Assembly: GCF_006345805.1 (NCBI RefSeq)
Contig: NC_043010.1
Coordinates: forward strand, 3,720,001 to 3,784,000
Direction of reading: 5' to 3'
Length of the DNA: 64,000 nt
Source of the DNA: Octopus sinensis
Lineage: Eukaryota
Position 1 is the stretch's first letter, and the number at the start of each line of letters is the position of its first letter. Both the position numbers and the translations under genes were made by a program. The notes below the pieces were generated by a model, which saw nothing but the letters and a program-made list of their open reading frames with translations, was not told the origin of the DNA and did no database searches. Shown in pieces: positions 11,782 to 24,140 of the stretch.

Positions 11782-12272
11782 CTAGCAGTATCGCCCGGCG
11801 TTGCTCGGATTTGTAAGGGAAATAACTATAAAGCATTTTTAGAGAGTTATAGCCAAAAATAGCAAAAAAATGCATTAAAAATGGGAAAAAAATTATGGTA
11901 AATTTTTTTTAAATCGTTGACTCATCGTAGGCATTTTTAGAGAGTTACTTCCCTTATATAATAGCGAAAAATGCATTAAAATGGAAAAAATTATGGTAAA
12001 TTTTTTTTAAATCGTTGACTCATCGTAGGCATTTTTAGAGAGTTACTTCCCTTATATAATAGCGAAAAATGCATTAAAATGGAAAAAATTATGGTAAATT
12101 ATTTTTAAAATCGTAGACTCATCGTAGACGTGCGCTAATACCCAGAAGGGCTTGATATGAATCACAACTATAAGATACCCGGTTTTTGTTAAACTGCACC
12201 GCAAAATGTTGGAGTAGTTAGGAATCTAAATCATAGTAGACAGACACACAACTTCACTTTTATATATAAAGA
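11782..12272 (-). mobile_element. Non-autonomous Helitron
   Basis: On the minus strand it starts TC after A and ends with a CCCG(G)AGC/AAC/GCCGGG-type hairpin 8 nt before CTAG, followed by T. Carries one extra 98-bp internal unit relative to the other two copies. Confidence 0.85.
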
Positions 12273-14564
12273 TATGTTGATATAGAATATCTATATAAAA
12301 GATGATGATACATGTTTATATGCTTGTGTACAGACACACACATGCACATATATATGTAACAAGTATGTATATACATAAATATATTAACTGATGTTCAGTT
12401 ATCAATCAAGTGATAGTAAAAATGCACAATATGAAAGAACTCTGTTATAAAATGGTAAGGATACTTTGTATTGTGTTTTTCACAGCATAGCTTGTTATTA
12501 CATCTCATGGACTCTCAGAGAATACTGCTCCATGAGTGGGTGTGAAGTTTTGATGTACTCTAAATGCAGGTATGTGTTGGAGCAAGGAATATTACAGTCG
12601 TGATTGTGATGTAAATTATTCTGATAATTATGATATTAAAGAAAGAAGATGCAAATCTTAAATATTTGTACAAAATAGCAATTCTGATATTGGTAGTGTT
12701 AGTGGTGGCGATGATGATGATGGTGGTGGTGATGATCCCTGGTAGTGATGATGATGATGATGATTGTTTCTAAAAAATATCATCTATTAGAAACAACGAT
12801 CTTTATTATAATAATAACTATTAAAAATGTTCTTTCATGACTATCTTAATTAGTAGTAATATTCTTATCCCTGTCTTTGCTGCATATATATAAACCATAC
12901 ATATATATCCATACTTTGTTATTCTTTTCTGAAGTGGTGAGTCACAATGACATATATTCATTCAGAAGATGATGATGATGTTGATGATGATGATATTGAA
13001 GATGGTAGTTACGGGGGATGAAAATGTTGATGTTATTCAATATATGAATATTTGAAATTAATCAAGTCAGTTATTTTTCTTTCACCGAAAATAAGTAACA
13101 TTGAATATCAATCTTGAGCTACAGCAATTTTCTGGTTCAGTTTGGTTAATTTTATTTTTTGAATAAATTTCAAAAATAGAAGTTATGTTACTTTAAAACT
13201 TTAAATATGAGTTCAAGAAGAATGAAGAAAAAAAATTACCTGATGTGGGCATATTCCTTATATTCGCAAACAAGATATTCAAAGGATGGTCTGTACATAT
13301 CTATTGTAAGTTACTTTATGTATTATCTCAAGAGCAAGAAATGATCCAATATGGAAGTTTTTCAGCTTTGTGTGATGAAAAATGGGATGCTCTTAGAATT
13401 TCTGTTTCATGGAAACTTTCTATAAGTGATCCTGTTTCATATATGAGTTTCACCTAGCACTTCTTTTACTGAGATATTTAATGTGAATATATGCACATTT
13501 ACACTATATGTGTATGTGTGTATAACTATATATGTATATATATATATTTTTTACACATATACACATACTTACATACACACCCAACTATATTCTCTTTGAA
13601 AAGTCCCAGCTTTATATTAAACCAGTTTATTAGTAGATATATGTATGAAAATATATCTTGTGTGATTCTTCTTTTTCTCTACATACACATACTAAATATT
13701 AATGCTTATCAAAAATATTTTTCTCACTTTAGTTACTTAAAAAAATAATTTTCTTTCTCTTTTGTTTTACACTCAATTCATTAATTTTCTTTTCCATTCA
13801 TTATGTTCAATCACATTTTTTTTCACTTATTTTGTTTTTAGCTTCAAATAATAAATTACGTTACAGAAAAGCTAACATTTAATAAATTTCGTGACTTCTC
13901 TTCTAAAATGGAATGCATGAACACTTCAACTTTTTCTAACAATAAATTTAGTATTTTAGTTTTTAGGTTGTGTGTAATGTAATAAGTTTCAGAATATGTA
14001 TAAGTCAGTTAGCTTAAGTATCAATATTAATATATATATATCTGACAAGTTAAGCAAAAATCAATATAGTTGATGTTACAGTTGTTGTTTAGTCCCAGAT
14101 CAGCCTCGATTGAGCAAATACAGTGCTGACCATCTCATAATATTTTTTTCAAAATCATATATATATAGACTCTAAGACTACATTATCCAATGCATTCTTT
14201 AAGAGAGTAGGGTGTAATTTGAAGGATATTTGGCAGCTAGGAATCGTGGTTAATATTCTATATAAATCCATAGTAGATAAATATTGTAAAATTTGAAAAG
14301 ATGTGTTTAAATTTTATGTCAACCAATAATCTATAAGTACTCATTCATTTCATTGTGTATGTATTTTTACCCTTAGACATTTGAAAACATAAATAAATAC
14401 GAATAAATAGCATTTAAAGTTTGCTTTTAGGAATGAAAATAAAAATATGGTTTTTGTGTGTGTGTCAAAAAATTTAATATTATATAAATATCATGAAAAC
14501 TTTCTACAAATGATTTATCAGTAATATCCTGAAGCATAAAATTGAAAACTAACTTCTAAAAGTT

Positions 14565-14839
14565 TCACGAGCAGAGTTCTTTGGCTTTGTGCAAAGTTTT
14601 GTTATAAGAAGTGAAACTGTTCTTTGTTGGTAGATCCCAGGGCTGAGATTGTGGAAAGTTAGGGTTGGTGTTATCTGCTTGTGTGCTTTTTAGGTTTACT
14701 ATATTATTGCCTTGAGTAAAAAGATTAGTTTTAAGTCGATAGGAAGACCTAGGATTGGTACCTTTTGGTTTACTCATTGTCTGTGGTAAGGACTTCCTGC
14801 CTGTGTTAGGGGTATTTTCTTGAAGAGAAGATTTGAGGC
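14565..14839 (-). CDS. Protocadherin coding exon 3 (terminal, contains stop)
   Basis: Acceptor TTTTTTTCTTACATTGTTCTTATGCAG (AG at 14841-14840). Phase 1 completes Gly, then LKSSLQENTPNTGRKSLPQT runs in frame into track ORF 14777-14565 (MSKPKG...KELCS*). Confidence 0.8.
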
Positions 14840-15449
14840 CTGCATAAGAACAATGTAAGAAAAAAATACAATTAGCTTGATGGGAAAATTTTGAAGATTG
14901 TTAACCTTGTTTTCTTTTTTTTTCTTCTGTAAAACACTGCATTTTGAATGGACTGGTCTCTTTTCATCATTAAGTTGCATATTTATAAGTTTATCTACAT
15001 TTACTTAGAATGGATTAGACTGAAGAACATCCATTACCCAACTGGTATCAACCTGTTAGGTCACATAGCTAAGGAAGTTTAAATCTGCTGTGAAGTAAAT
15101 GCTCATTAGTTCAATCCCCATCCAAACATGTACCTGACAATGAACAGAGACCAAAACTATCAAAAGTTAGTGTTTACAAAAGTACTTAAATGATGGTAGA
15201 GCCGGAGCTAACGGTCCAAAACATTTTCCCATCAGTACTAAAATGTAGACATATAACAATTGGCTTGTATCCATGTATCATTACTCTATTATTATTTTTA
15301 AATAATTCACATTAATTCTTACTTATAATTAGGACAAAATTTTAAATACAAATTTAATGGATTTATTTCTTACTGATAAGCTTCAACATAACAACAACTA
15401 CATCACCACCAACAACAAGAACAACAATAACAATAATAATAATGTTTAT

Positions 15450-16560
15450 TATATAGGCAAAATTTTTTGTGACCCTAGGAAATCACTGTTGTTTTATTTT
15501 ATCAACTCTTAAGAGACAAAAGGCAAGGCTGACATTATGATTTGAGCAAACCTGGAATAGATACCACAAGGCTTATTTTTTTTTAAGCTACAATGACTCT
15601 GCCATTCTATCATCCTTAATAATTTTTTCTAATTTAGGCACAATAATGTAGTTTTGGAGAGAGAGAGAGAGGAAGAGAGAGAGAGTGAGTTTGTTGATTA
15701 TATTGAACCTAGTACTTCATAGTACATTGTTTCATCGATCGGAAAAGGATCGATGGCAAAATTGGTCTTTTAGGATTTTAACACAGGATGTAGAGACCAG
15801 GAACAAAAACCACAAAATATTTTCTCCAACATTTTAGTGATTCTACCATTTCATGCTCCTTTTATTAAGAAGGTTTTTTTTATTTAGGCATGAGGCCAGT
15901 AATCCTGAAGGGTGGGGACCAGTTGATTACTTGACTGGTATTTTATCAACCATGAGGGATGAAAGACAAAGCTGATCCTTGTGGGAATTTAAATCTGAAC
16001 AAGGAGAGTCAAAAGAAATGCTGCAAAGCATTATTCGGATACTCAGATGATTCTGCCAGCTCAGTTGCTTCTGGTATAGGCACATGGCTTGAAATTTGAA
16101 ATTATCTATGTGGCTTGAAATACCATCAATACCAGTACTTGTCTAGTACCTTATTTTATTGACACTGGAGTCAAAGTTGACATTGGTGGGATTTGAACTG
16201 TGAACATAAAGAGCCAGAAGGAATACAGCAATGCATTTACTTCAGTGCTCTAATGGGTCTGCCACGCCATTGCCCTTTATGCTACTGCTTCCACCACCAT
16301 CATCACTACTACTACTACTTCTAATAAGAATAATAATAGTAATAATAATAATGATTCTTTCTAATTTAGGCACAAATTTTTAGCAGAGGGTTAAAGTCTA
16401 TTACATTCACTCCAGTACATGACTGGCACTTATTTTATCAACCCCAAAAGGATGAAAGGCAAAGTTGACCTCTATGAGATTTGAACTCAGAATGTAAAGA
16501 TCTAAAACAAATACTGTAAAACATTTTTCTGGTGCTCTAACTATTCTGATAGTTTGTCAT
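15450..16560 (-). mobile_element. Cluster of about five degenerate family C-like SINE copies in protocadherin intron 2
   Basis: Repeated pattern TAGGCAC...TTTATCAAC...GGATGAAAGGCAAAG(T/C)TGAC...GATTTGAAC at ~15450, 15625, 15885, 16075 and 16360, all in the same orientation. Confidence 0.6.
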
Positions 16561-16754
16561 CTTAATAATGATAAATAGATAAATAATTCAATTTATGAAA
16601 GTAAATGTTTCTTTTGTAAAAAATTAAAAATTTCATTACAAGCTGAAGTTGTTCTATCATTTGTAAATGAATAAATTTGGAGGAGAACAAGAAACTTTTA
16701 AATGATTATAATATAATGATATTTTAAAGCAGTGAGTCTTTCTCATTTACTTAC

Positions 16755-16923
16755 CAGGTAAAGTTTCATAGTGCGCAGTGCTTGCTTCACTGCAGCCATG
16801 TCCACTGTCAGTTACAGAAGACATCGTTGACATCTCACTGAAACGGTCAGGGGACATAACCATATGTTGTTGATTTTTGCCAACAGCACAAGTCATTGCA
16901 AAATCTTGTAAGTTACCCTGTAC
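16755..16923 (-). CDS. Protocadherin coding exon 2 (cytoplasmic, DSGHG motif)
   Basis: Polypyrimidine tract + CTAG acceptor (AG at 16925-16924). 169 nt open in phase 0: VQGNLQDFAMTCAVGKNQQHMVMSPDRFSEMSTMSSVTDSGHGCSEASTAHYETLP+G. Donor G|GTAAGT at 16755/16754. Phase matches the upstream exon. Confidence 0.88.
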
Positions 16924-19150
16924 CTAGCAAACCGAACAAAAAAAAAAAAGACAAAAACAACAAAACAAAAAAAAACACTAATTGTGCATATGCTACAATA
17001 TTTGAGATCTCATAATTGCCAATAGTTTATGTAAGAAAAACACATTTTTCATTTATATAAGTGTGGATTCATATATTGTGAGATAAAGTTTGGAATTATT
17101 GTTTTTGTTGCTATACTTTTTTATGTAATTGTTGTGCGTATTTATTGATCTTGAATATTGTTTTCGATGTGTCTTTTTTTTTCACTACCTTAACTTTCAT
17201 TAAATTTTACTTCAAACAAAACTGACTATATCATGTTTGATGTCAGCTCATGTTTGATTATTTTACTCTATTAATTCAAAGTTAGAAATGAAAATTATTT
17301 TATGTCTGTAATAAAACTATGTATAAAATATTAAAGAGCAATATTTTCATTAATTTAAACTGCATCTTATTAGTTGCTGTGAACTTCTAAATTCATAGAT
17401 TTGTAATTTATAACCAGGCCTAAAATATGAGTTGGCCAAATCTATCTTTAATGAAATATTTGTTATGCAAAAGTTTATGTAGAAGCCAAATAATTAATAA
17501 CTTAATGAGAACAGCAAGTAAATTATGACCATTCTTTTGTATCCTTCTTTAGTTAAAAAATTGTTGAAAACTTAGAGCTTTAAAGAAAATTCAGTCTCAT
17601 TGTATTAAGAGCCATAGTTTTTGCCAGATATTATTTATATTACATCATCTCCTCACTGAAAGGGTCATTGTCCCTTCACTCATATGCCAGTTAAGAACAA
17701 CCAAATATTCTATTATTTTTATCGTTACTCAAAATACCTCAGAAGTAAAATATCGCTGAATAATTTTTTCTGTGTTTACCTAAGTCTTTTTCATATTTTA
17801 ATAGCAATTTTGAGTTACTGTAATAAATGTAAAAGATCTTAGATCAATATTGGATCAAATGATTTTAAGCAATATATGATACTGAAGGAAAGTATAGCAA
17901 GTTTAATTTCAGTTTCTGGCAAAATTTTGACTTTGCTAGTCTCTGTGACTTAGAATTTTAAAATTTTGCTAGAATACTTTATTTTGATGTTAATTTTCCA
18001 GTTAAACTAATCTGATAGATTAGAAAAATAAACTGTGCCCATTTATATAAATAAGATTTCTTTTCTTTATATTGTCTTTTATTGATAAAAAGAAGAAAGA
18101 AGTATACTCTTCATCTCTCAAATTAAACAGTATCAAAAGCAAAATTTTTATTTTCATTTTGATGGATTGAGATTTATAAAATTGGGAGAAAGCCAATAAG
18201 TATGAGCTATATTTAGTAACTCTTTGTGCAGAGGGAATTAATGAAAGTTATAAGTAGTATTGTTCAAAGTTATTGAAGATGGCAACTTGGCTTCAGTAAT
18301 TTGTTTTTAGTGTAATGCAGGAAAAGAGCTCATTTACATAATGTTTGTGGAAAATCCAATTGAATTGCTTTCACATTAATTTTTCAGTGGTATGTTAGTG
18401 GTGTATAGTTATTTAAAGCGGAGCAATGTTTGAGTAGTTGTGTAGGTTGATATATCTTGAGAACATTTTACTTTTGTGAGGAACTTAATGAGATATTCAA
18501 CTTCATATGAAGGCAATATCGTGTTGTGTCTATTTATAGAGCTTTCCCTAAACCTTACTTCCATATTAGTCTGTGAAATTACAAATTTATCTCACACAGT
18601 TTTCTTCCAAGTAATCAATTAACTATTCACTTAACACAAACTCTCTTTATAATTTTCCAATGATTTCTCTTTCAATTTATCTTTACATAAGATTTTTATC
18701 ATATTCTTTTTAATTTCAAAATAGCTCTGAACATTACGACCTTCAGGCAATGTTTAAATTGCCAAATAATTGTGATATAGGGTTTTACTTACTTCCTATT
18801 TACCTAAATCAATCTCGGTACCTAAAATTCATTAAAGAATAACATCAATATTCTTTATCATTCTATTACCAACTAATCATGGAGCCAAATCTCCTGATAT
18901 AACACGTAAATCTATGGAAACCTATTTAGGTTTTGTATCACTAGCACTATAAAAAATAACCTCCTTTTTCTTAAACATTTTACAAACCATTGTAGCTTTA
19001 TTTTTAAAAAATCACTTGTTATACCTGTATCGCAATATATTATAAAACTGGGTGAAAAATAAAGAGATCTTACTTTTGTACATCTACTCATGTAAAATCT
19101 TTCTCTCATTCTTTTACTACTATTCTTAAATGATAACTACTGTATAAAAA

Positions 19151-19408
19151 TAAAAATAAATGCGTCCTTTTAAAGCCTAGCCAGGCTCACGGGCCCGGTT
19201 TCCTGGTTTCAGTGGCCTATGTGTTCTTCAGCTGGATGGGACACCAGTCCATCACAGCGTTACTCATTTTTGCCAGCTGAGTGGACTGGAGCAACGTGAA
19301 ATGAAGTGTTTTGCTCAAGAACACAACGCATCACCTGGTCCAGGAATCAAAACCACAATCTTACGATCATAATGCTGACACCCTAACCACTAAGCCACGT
19401 GCTTCCAC
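19151..19408 (-). mobile_element. tRNA-derived SINE, family F (intronic)
   Basis: Minus strand reads GTGGAAGCACGTGGCTTAGTGGTTAGGG...GGTTTTGATTCC head, TTCTTGAGCAAAACACTT central motif, TGATGGACTGG.GTCCCATCCAG and an A/T-rich tail. Confidence 0.8.
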
Positions 19409-21298
19409 AACTACTATATACTTAAAATGAAATTATCTTCAATAAAGATTATGATCTATCTGAGGAATCAATAACTTCCAAATAAATAGTATTTATATAT
19501 ATTCTCTGTCAAATGAATTTCAAAATCAGTATGTCCCCTTTTCTGAAATTTTTTATCTAGGATTTCATCTTCCTGTTTGTTGTTAAACCCTTACTACCTA
19601 GATTCACTCAATCAAATAATCAATAAAATCAGCTTTTTCTCTTTCACTGCTGGGTAAAGAATTTCTTAATACCCCATGACTTTTGGCTGCCTGACCTCTG
19701 TAGCAGTTTCATTTCTTTTGGGGTACTTGTGATGTTAGTGCATATATTTGGTTGGTAATCATAACCCTTATGGCATATCCCCTATCCTCAATCTTAGAGA
19801 CAATGATTAAACCTTAGTTGAATTCCACTAACCAACATGAATAACTATTACAGTTATTGGATTTATAAGTCAATAAATCTTAAATGAATTTTGTAGAGGC
19901 AAGATTACTGAATGGCTAAGGTGATGAACTACTTGCTTCTATTTTGTTGTGGTTTTTTTTTTGTAGAGTAATCTATATTGTCTCAGATCTGTAGCTGTTT
20001 GAAGTTGGTACTAAATCATCTAGGAATGTTACTGATGATATAGTAGTATCCTGTTCAGAGAAAGATTTATCTCTTTTTGTTTATGTCATTAAACTAGAGT
20101 TAAATACCAGCTCTTAGGTGCCCCACTCCCACCCCATTTAAAGATATTTGATTTTATGTAAATGAATCCTGTATAAAACTGTCAACAAAGTGTCACATCT
20201 TGTAGCTATTTGTTTCATAGCAAGTATAATAGGGAAAATATTGCCAGAATGAATGTCTTGAATGGAATTTACAAAATCATGATACAATTATGTTACAATT
20301 ATCTCTTGATTATGATAGATAGAAGATACCAATGAGTTGAAAATTGAGATAAGAAACATATGAAATACGAATGATAGTGTTTTCTTCTTTTTTTTCTTAG
20401 TGATGGAAACTGATGACTTTAAATTAGAATTAATAAAACAAGATATGAATGTTTGTGTAAAACTTTGCTGCTATATATTTTATAATTGATTGGAATACTT
20501 AGCAGTGATCTACAGCAATCATGATATGAATAAATGTATTCACCCACCAATTGCATGCGAATGTCTCAACAATAAAGATATTGCATGTAGATGTTTTAAT
20601 AGTGAACATGTTTAGACATATCTAAAAGCTTGTCAGCTGAATATGAATATTCTGAAGAAATTGTCATAAAATTTTAGGGAATGGGAAGAAGCAGAATTTG
20701 TTAGATAAATGATGTCTGGAAAGCATTGCTGCATACAAGTATATTTTGCATAGGTAGTATGTATAGCTTTAAAATGAATAATGTATGACTAAATGTATTT
20801 TCTTTAAATATTGTTGAAAGAATTTTCAGATTAAAAATGATTGAGTGTCAATATAAAACAAAGATAACAAAGAACATGCTTCCAAAAATGTTTTAGCAAG
20901 ATTGAGACTGTGAGTAGACTAATAGACTAATAACACATGACAACCCTACCTTATATTCTCAGACATAAACAATTTCATTTAAATGTAAATTTAATTGGAA
21001 TCTCTTTTTTCATAAACTTACATTACCAGAAACGTTTTACATTATAGTCATTTTTTTTTCAAATTAGATAGTTTACAGATGTTGAATTAAGATATAACAG
21101 ATATAATAATGAAAATAGCAAATAAAGAAATACAGTGTAAGATTTTTACTTATTTTATATATCATTTATTTCTAATTATAACTATTATTATTATGCAGTT
21201 CATTGTTAGAAACAAATAAATGAATATATCAATACTAGCCAATAGCATTTTATAAACAATCAACTGTAGAGAACTGTGACAAAATTTAAGAAACTTAC

Positions 21299-23683
21299 TT
21301 GGTATGCTTCTGGTGTAATACTATGAAGTTGTACTCCTAATGATGATCCTTTCCAGCTCTGTCCAGGTTTGTACATGGACTGAGGTTCTCTTCTTAAAAG
21401 AGTTGTTTTAGAATTTCTCATTTGCTTTGGATCTGATAAAATAGTTATAGGAACATCATATTTTGGAGAGTCTTGTTCACAAACGTATCCTGATGGCCTT
21501 CTCTCACCAACAAAGTCTTGAGTAGCACCATAATGGTTTTCTTTTTGATTTCTTTTATGAACAACACAAACAATTACAGAAACTACAATAGCAACAGAAA
21601 CTATCACTGCTGCTACTACTATAATAATCATCAAGTTAATATGTATTCTGTTGTCTGATTCTGTGTCTTCAGCTGTGTACATTTTGGCTGTTGTATTGCT
21701 AACAGTTAGTGTCAAAGACAGTGTAGTGGTTGCTGATAAAACTGGTGTACCATTATCTTTGACAGCTAATTTTAGATTATATGATCCAGCATCATTTTGG
21801 TAAACTGTACGAGAGAATGACAAAACTCCTGAGTAAGGGTTAACTTTAAATAACTGTTTGTCATTGCCTCCAAGTATTTCATACCTGAGGAAGGCATTAA
21901 CATGTTTGTCTCTGTCGGAGGCTCTTAATGTTGTAATATCACTGTTACTCTGTGGATGGTGATGGAAATCTAGATTGAAAGGGTTAACACTAGGGAAAGT
22001 AAAATAGGGAGTATTATCATTTTTATCCATAACTTCAACAACAACGTTAGCTGTGTTGTTAAGAGATGGTCTACCGTTATCTTTTACTAACACTTTAAAT
22101 CTGTAAATGTCATGTTGTTCACGGTCTAAAGACTGAGTAGTTGATATGAATCCTAAATGAGAGATTTTAAAGGGAAGAACACTCCCATCTCTGCTTATAA
22201 GAAAATAAGATAATTCACCTCCTGATCCAAGATCAGGGTCAGTTGCATTGATGAAGCCTACTGGAAAATTTCTATTTTCATTTTCATAGGTTAAAAATTC
22301 AAAAGTATCTTTAGTAAATGTTGGTTGTACATCATTAACATCTGATACTTGCACTGAAAATCGTTTCTCAGTTTTTAATGGTGGAGATCCTTTGTCTTCA
22401 CATGTGATGGTAAAATCTATGTGGTTTTCTACTTCTCTGTCAACTGTTTTCTTAATAACAACTTTATACTTTTTACGTGCAAGAGCCTGAAGTTGAAAGT
22501 GATCGTGATTAATATAACAAGAAACTTCATTATCATCCGTGACCTTTACATAAGCAATAAAACTACCAACTTTTACACCCTCTGAAATGCTTGGCAAATT
22601 TTCTGGTGATTTTGCTATAAAATTCATATCTATATCAGGAGGGTTGTTCTCTTGATTATTTATATTAACTAAAACCAGAGCAACTGAACCCAAGGAAGGA
22701 TTACCACCATCCTTTGCTTTAACAAACAATTTATATACCTTCTTTGAACCTGTTGGAAACTTTTGCACCACCCAGATTTCTCCTGTTGATTCATTTAATT
22801 TAAAATAGGCTCTGGCACTCTCTGATGTTTTGGGACTGAATTTGTACATTACTTTGCCATTTTCACCAGCATCCAAATCAGTTGTAGTTAAAGTGACTAT
22901 AGGCATTGATCTTTGATAACCATTTTTAATAGAAACATTGTAAATATTTTGGGAGAAGACTGGAGAGTTGTCATTTTCATCTCGAACTGATATTTGGAGA
23001 TTAAGAACACCTTCTCTAGGGGGATGGCCTCCATCTTTTGCAATAACTTGAAGCTGATAAGAATCTTGTTTTTCTCTGTCAAGTTTCTTTTGTAAAATAA
23101 TACCGAGTTTGGATGTACCATCCATATTTTTTGAAACTGATAATGTGAAAAGACCATCATTATTGTTCTTTAGTAAATATGTTATTTGTGAATTTTGTAT
23201 ACCTACATCTTTGTCTATGGCATTAGGTATAGATTTTTTTGTTCCTTTGCCATCAGTTTCATCGAATGTCAGGTTAATTTGTTTACTTGGAAATTCTGGC
23301 TTGTTATCATTTACATCTTCAATAACTATTTTTACCTCCAGTATCCTTATAAAGGATTTTTCTTGCTGGACTGCTACATCTACCATTTTGAAACATTCTA
23401 CATTGGATTTACAAAGAGTTTCTGCATCTAGTCTTTGAGCTGTGTATAATTTGCCTGATTTGGCAACATTGAACAACTGTGAGTTGTTAGTATTCCCTTG
23501 GTGAAGCTGACTGAACCAAATATTGCTGTCATCCTTTGGAGATATGTTGCTTAATAATTTTGTGTCTGCTGCAATATCGCCAACAAAAGTTCTTGGGTTG
23601 CTCTCTTCATCTATACGGTAGACAAGATCTACACATAGGGATGTTTCCAGAATAAATAATAGCACATATACTTGAGTTAACAT
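21299..23683 (-). CDS. Protocadherin (coleoid-type), first coding exon: signal peptide, 6 cadherin repeats, TM helix, start of cytoplasmic tail
   Basis: 807-aa ORF. Hydrophobic N-terminus MLTQVYVLLFILETSLC; linker motifs DVNDNKP, DENDNSP, DVNDVQP, DKNDNTP; LDAE/LDRE/VDRE and AxDGG/DKG/DNG motifs; TM IIIVVAAVIVSVAIVVSVIVCVV followed by HKR. A phase-0 donor CAA|GTAAGT at 21299/21298 cuts the ORF at 795 codons. Confidence 0.97.
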
Positions 23684-24018
23684 GTTCTCATCTATAAATT
23701 TGTATCTTGAGGAAGAAGCATGAATACATCTGAAATAAAATGTTTATATTATTTAGAATAAAATCATTATATTTGTATTGATTATACGAAGACAATAAAT
23801 TATATTTATCTTCATTTGGAGTCTTTAAGTAGTTTTAATTTTGCATCATAAATATTTTTCTAAAATGAAAATGTTAAATAATGCTGAATGGCCTCTGGTA
23901 GAAATGTAAAATCTACTTTGTCTGAACAACAAAATAAATTAGCTATTCCTTTGAGAAATAGCAGTCTAAATAATAATATATATGGTAGCTTAAAATAATG
24001 CATGCAATAATGTTATAC

Positions 24019-24024
<6 letters not shown>

Positions 24025-24085
<61 letters not shown>

Positions 24086-24140
24086 TGTGTGAGTGTGTGT
24101 GTGTGTGTGTGAGTGTGTGTGTGTGCGTGTGTGTGTGTAT
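24025..24140. repeat. (GT)n microsatellite
   Basis: Long GT run directly visible. Confidence 0.95.

Noticed and set aside
13240-13460. Minus-strand exon-like segment ending CAG|GTAATT
   Set aside because: All minus-strand frames I read contain stops, it lies beyond the predicted stop codon, and it has no protein similarity I recognise.
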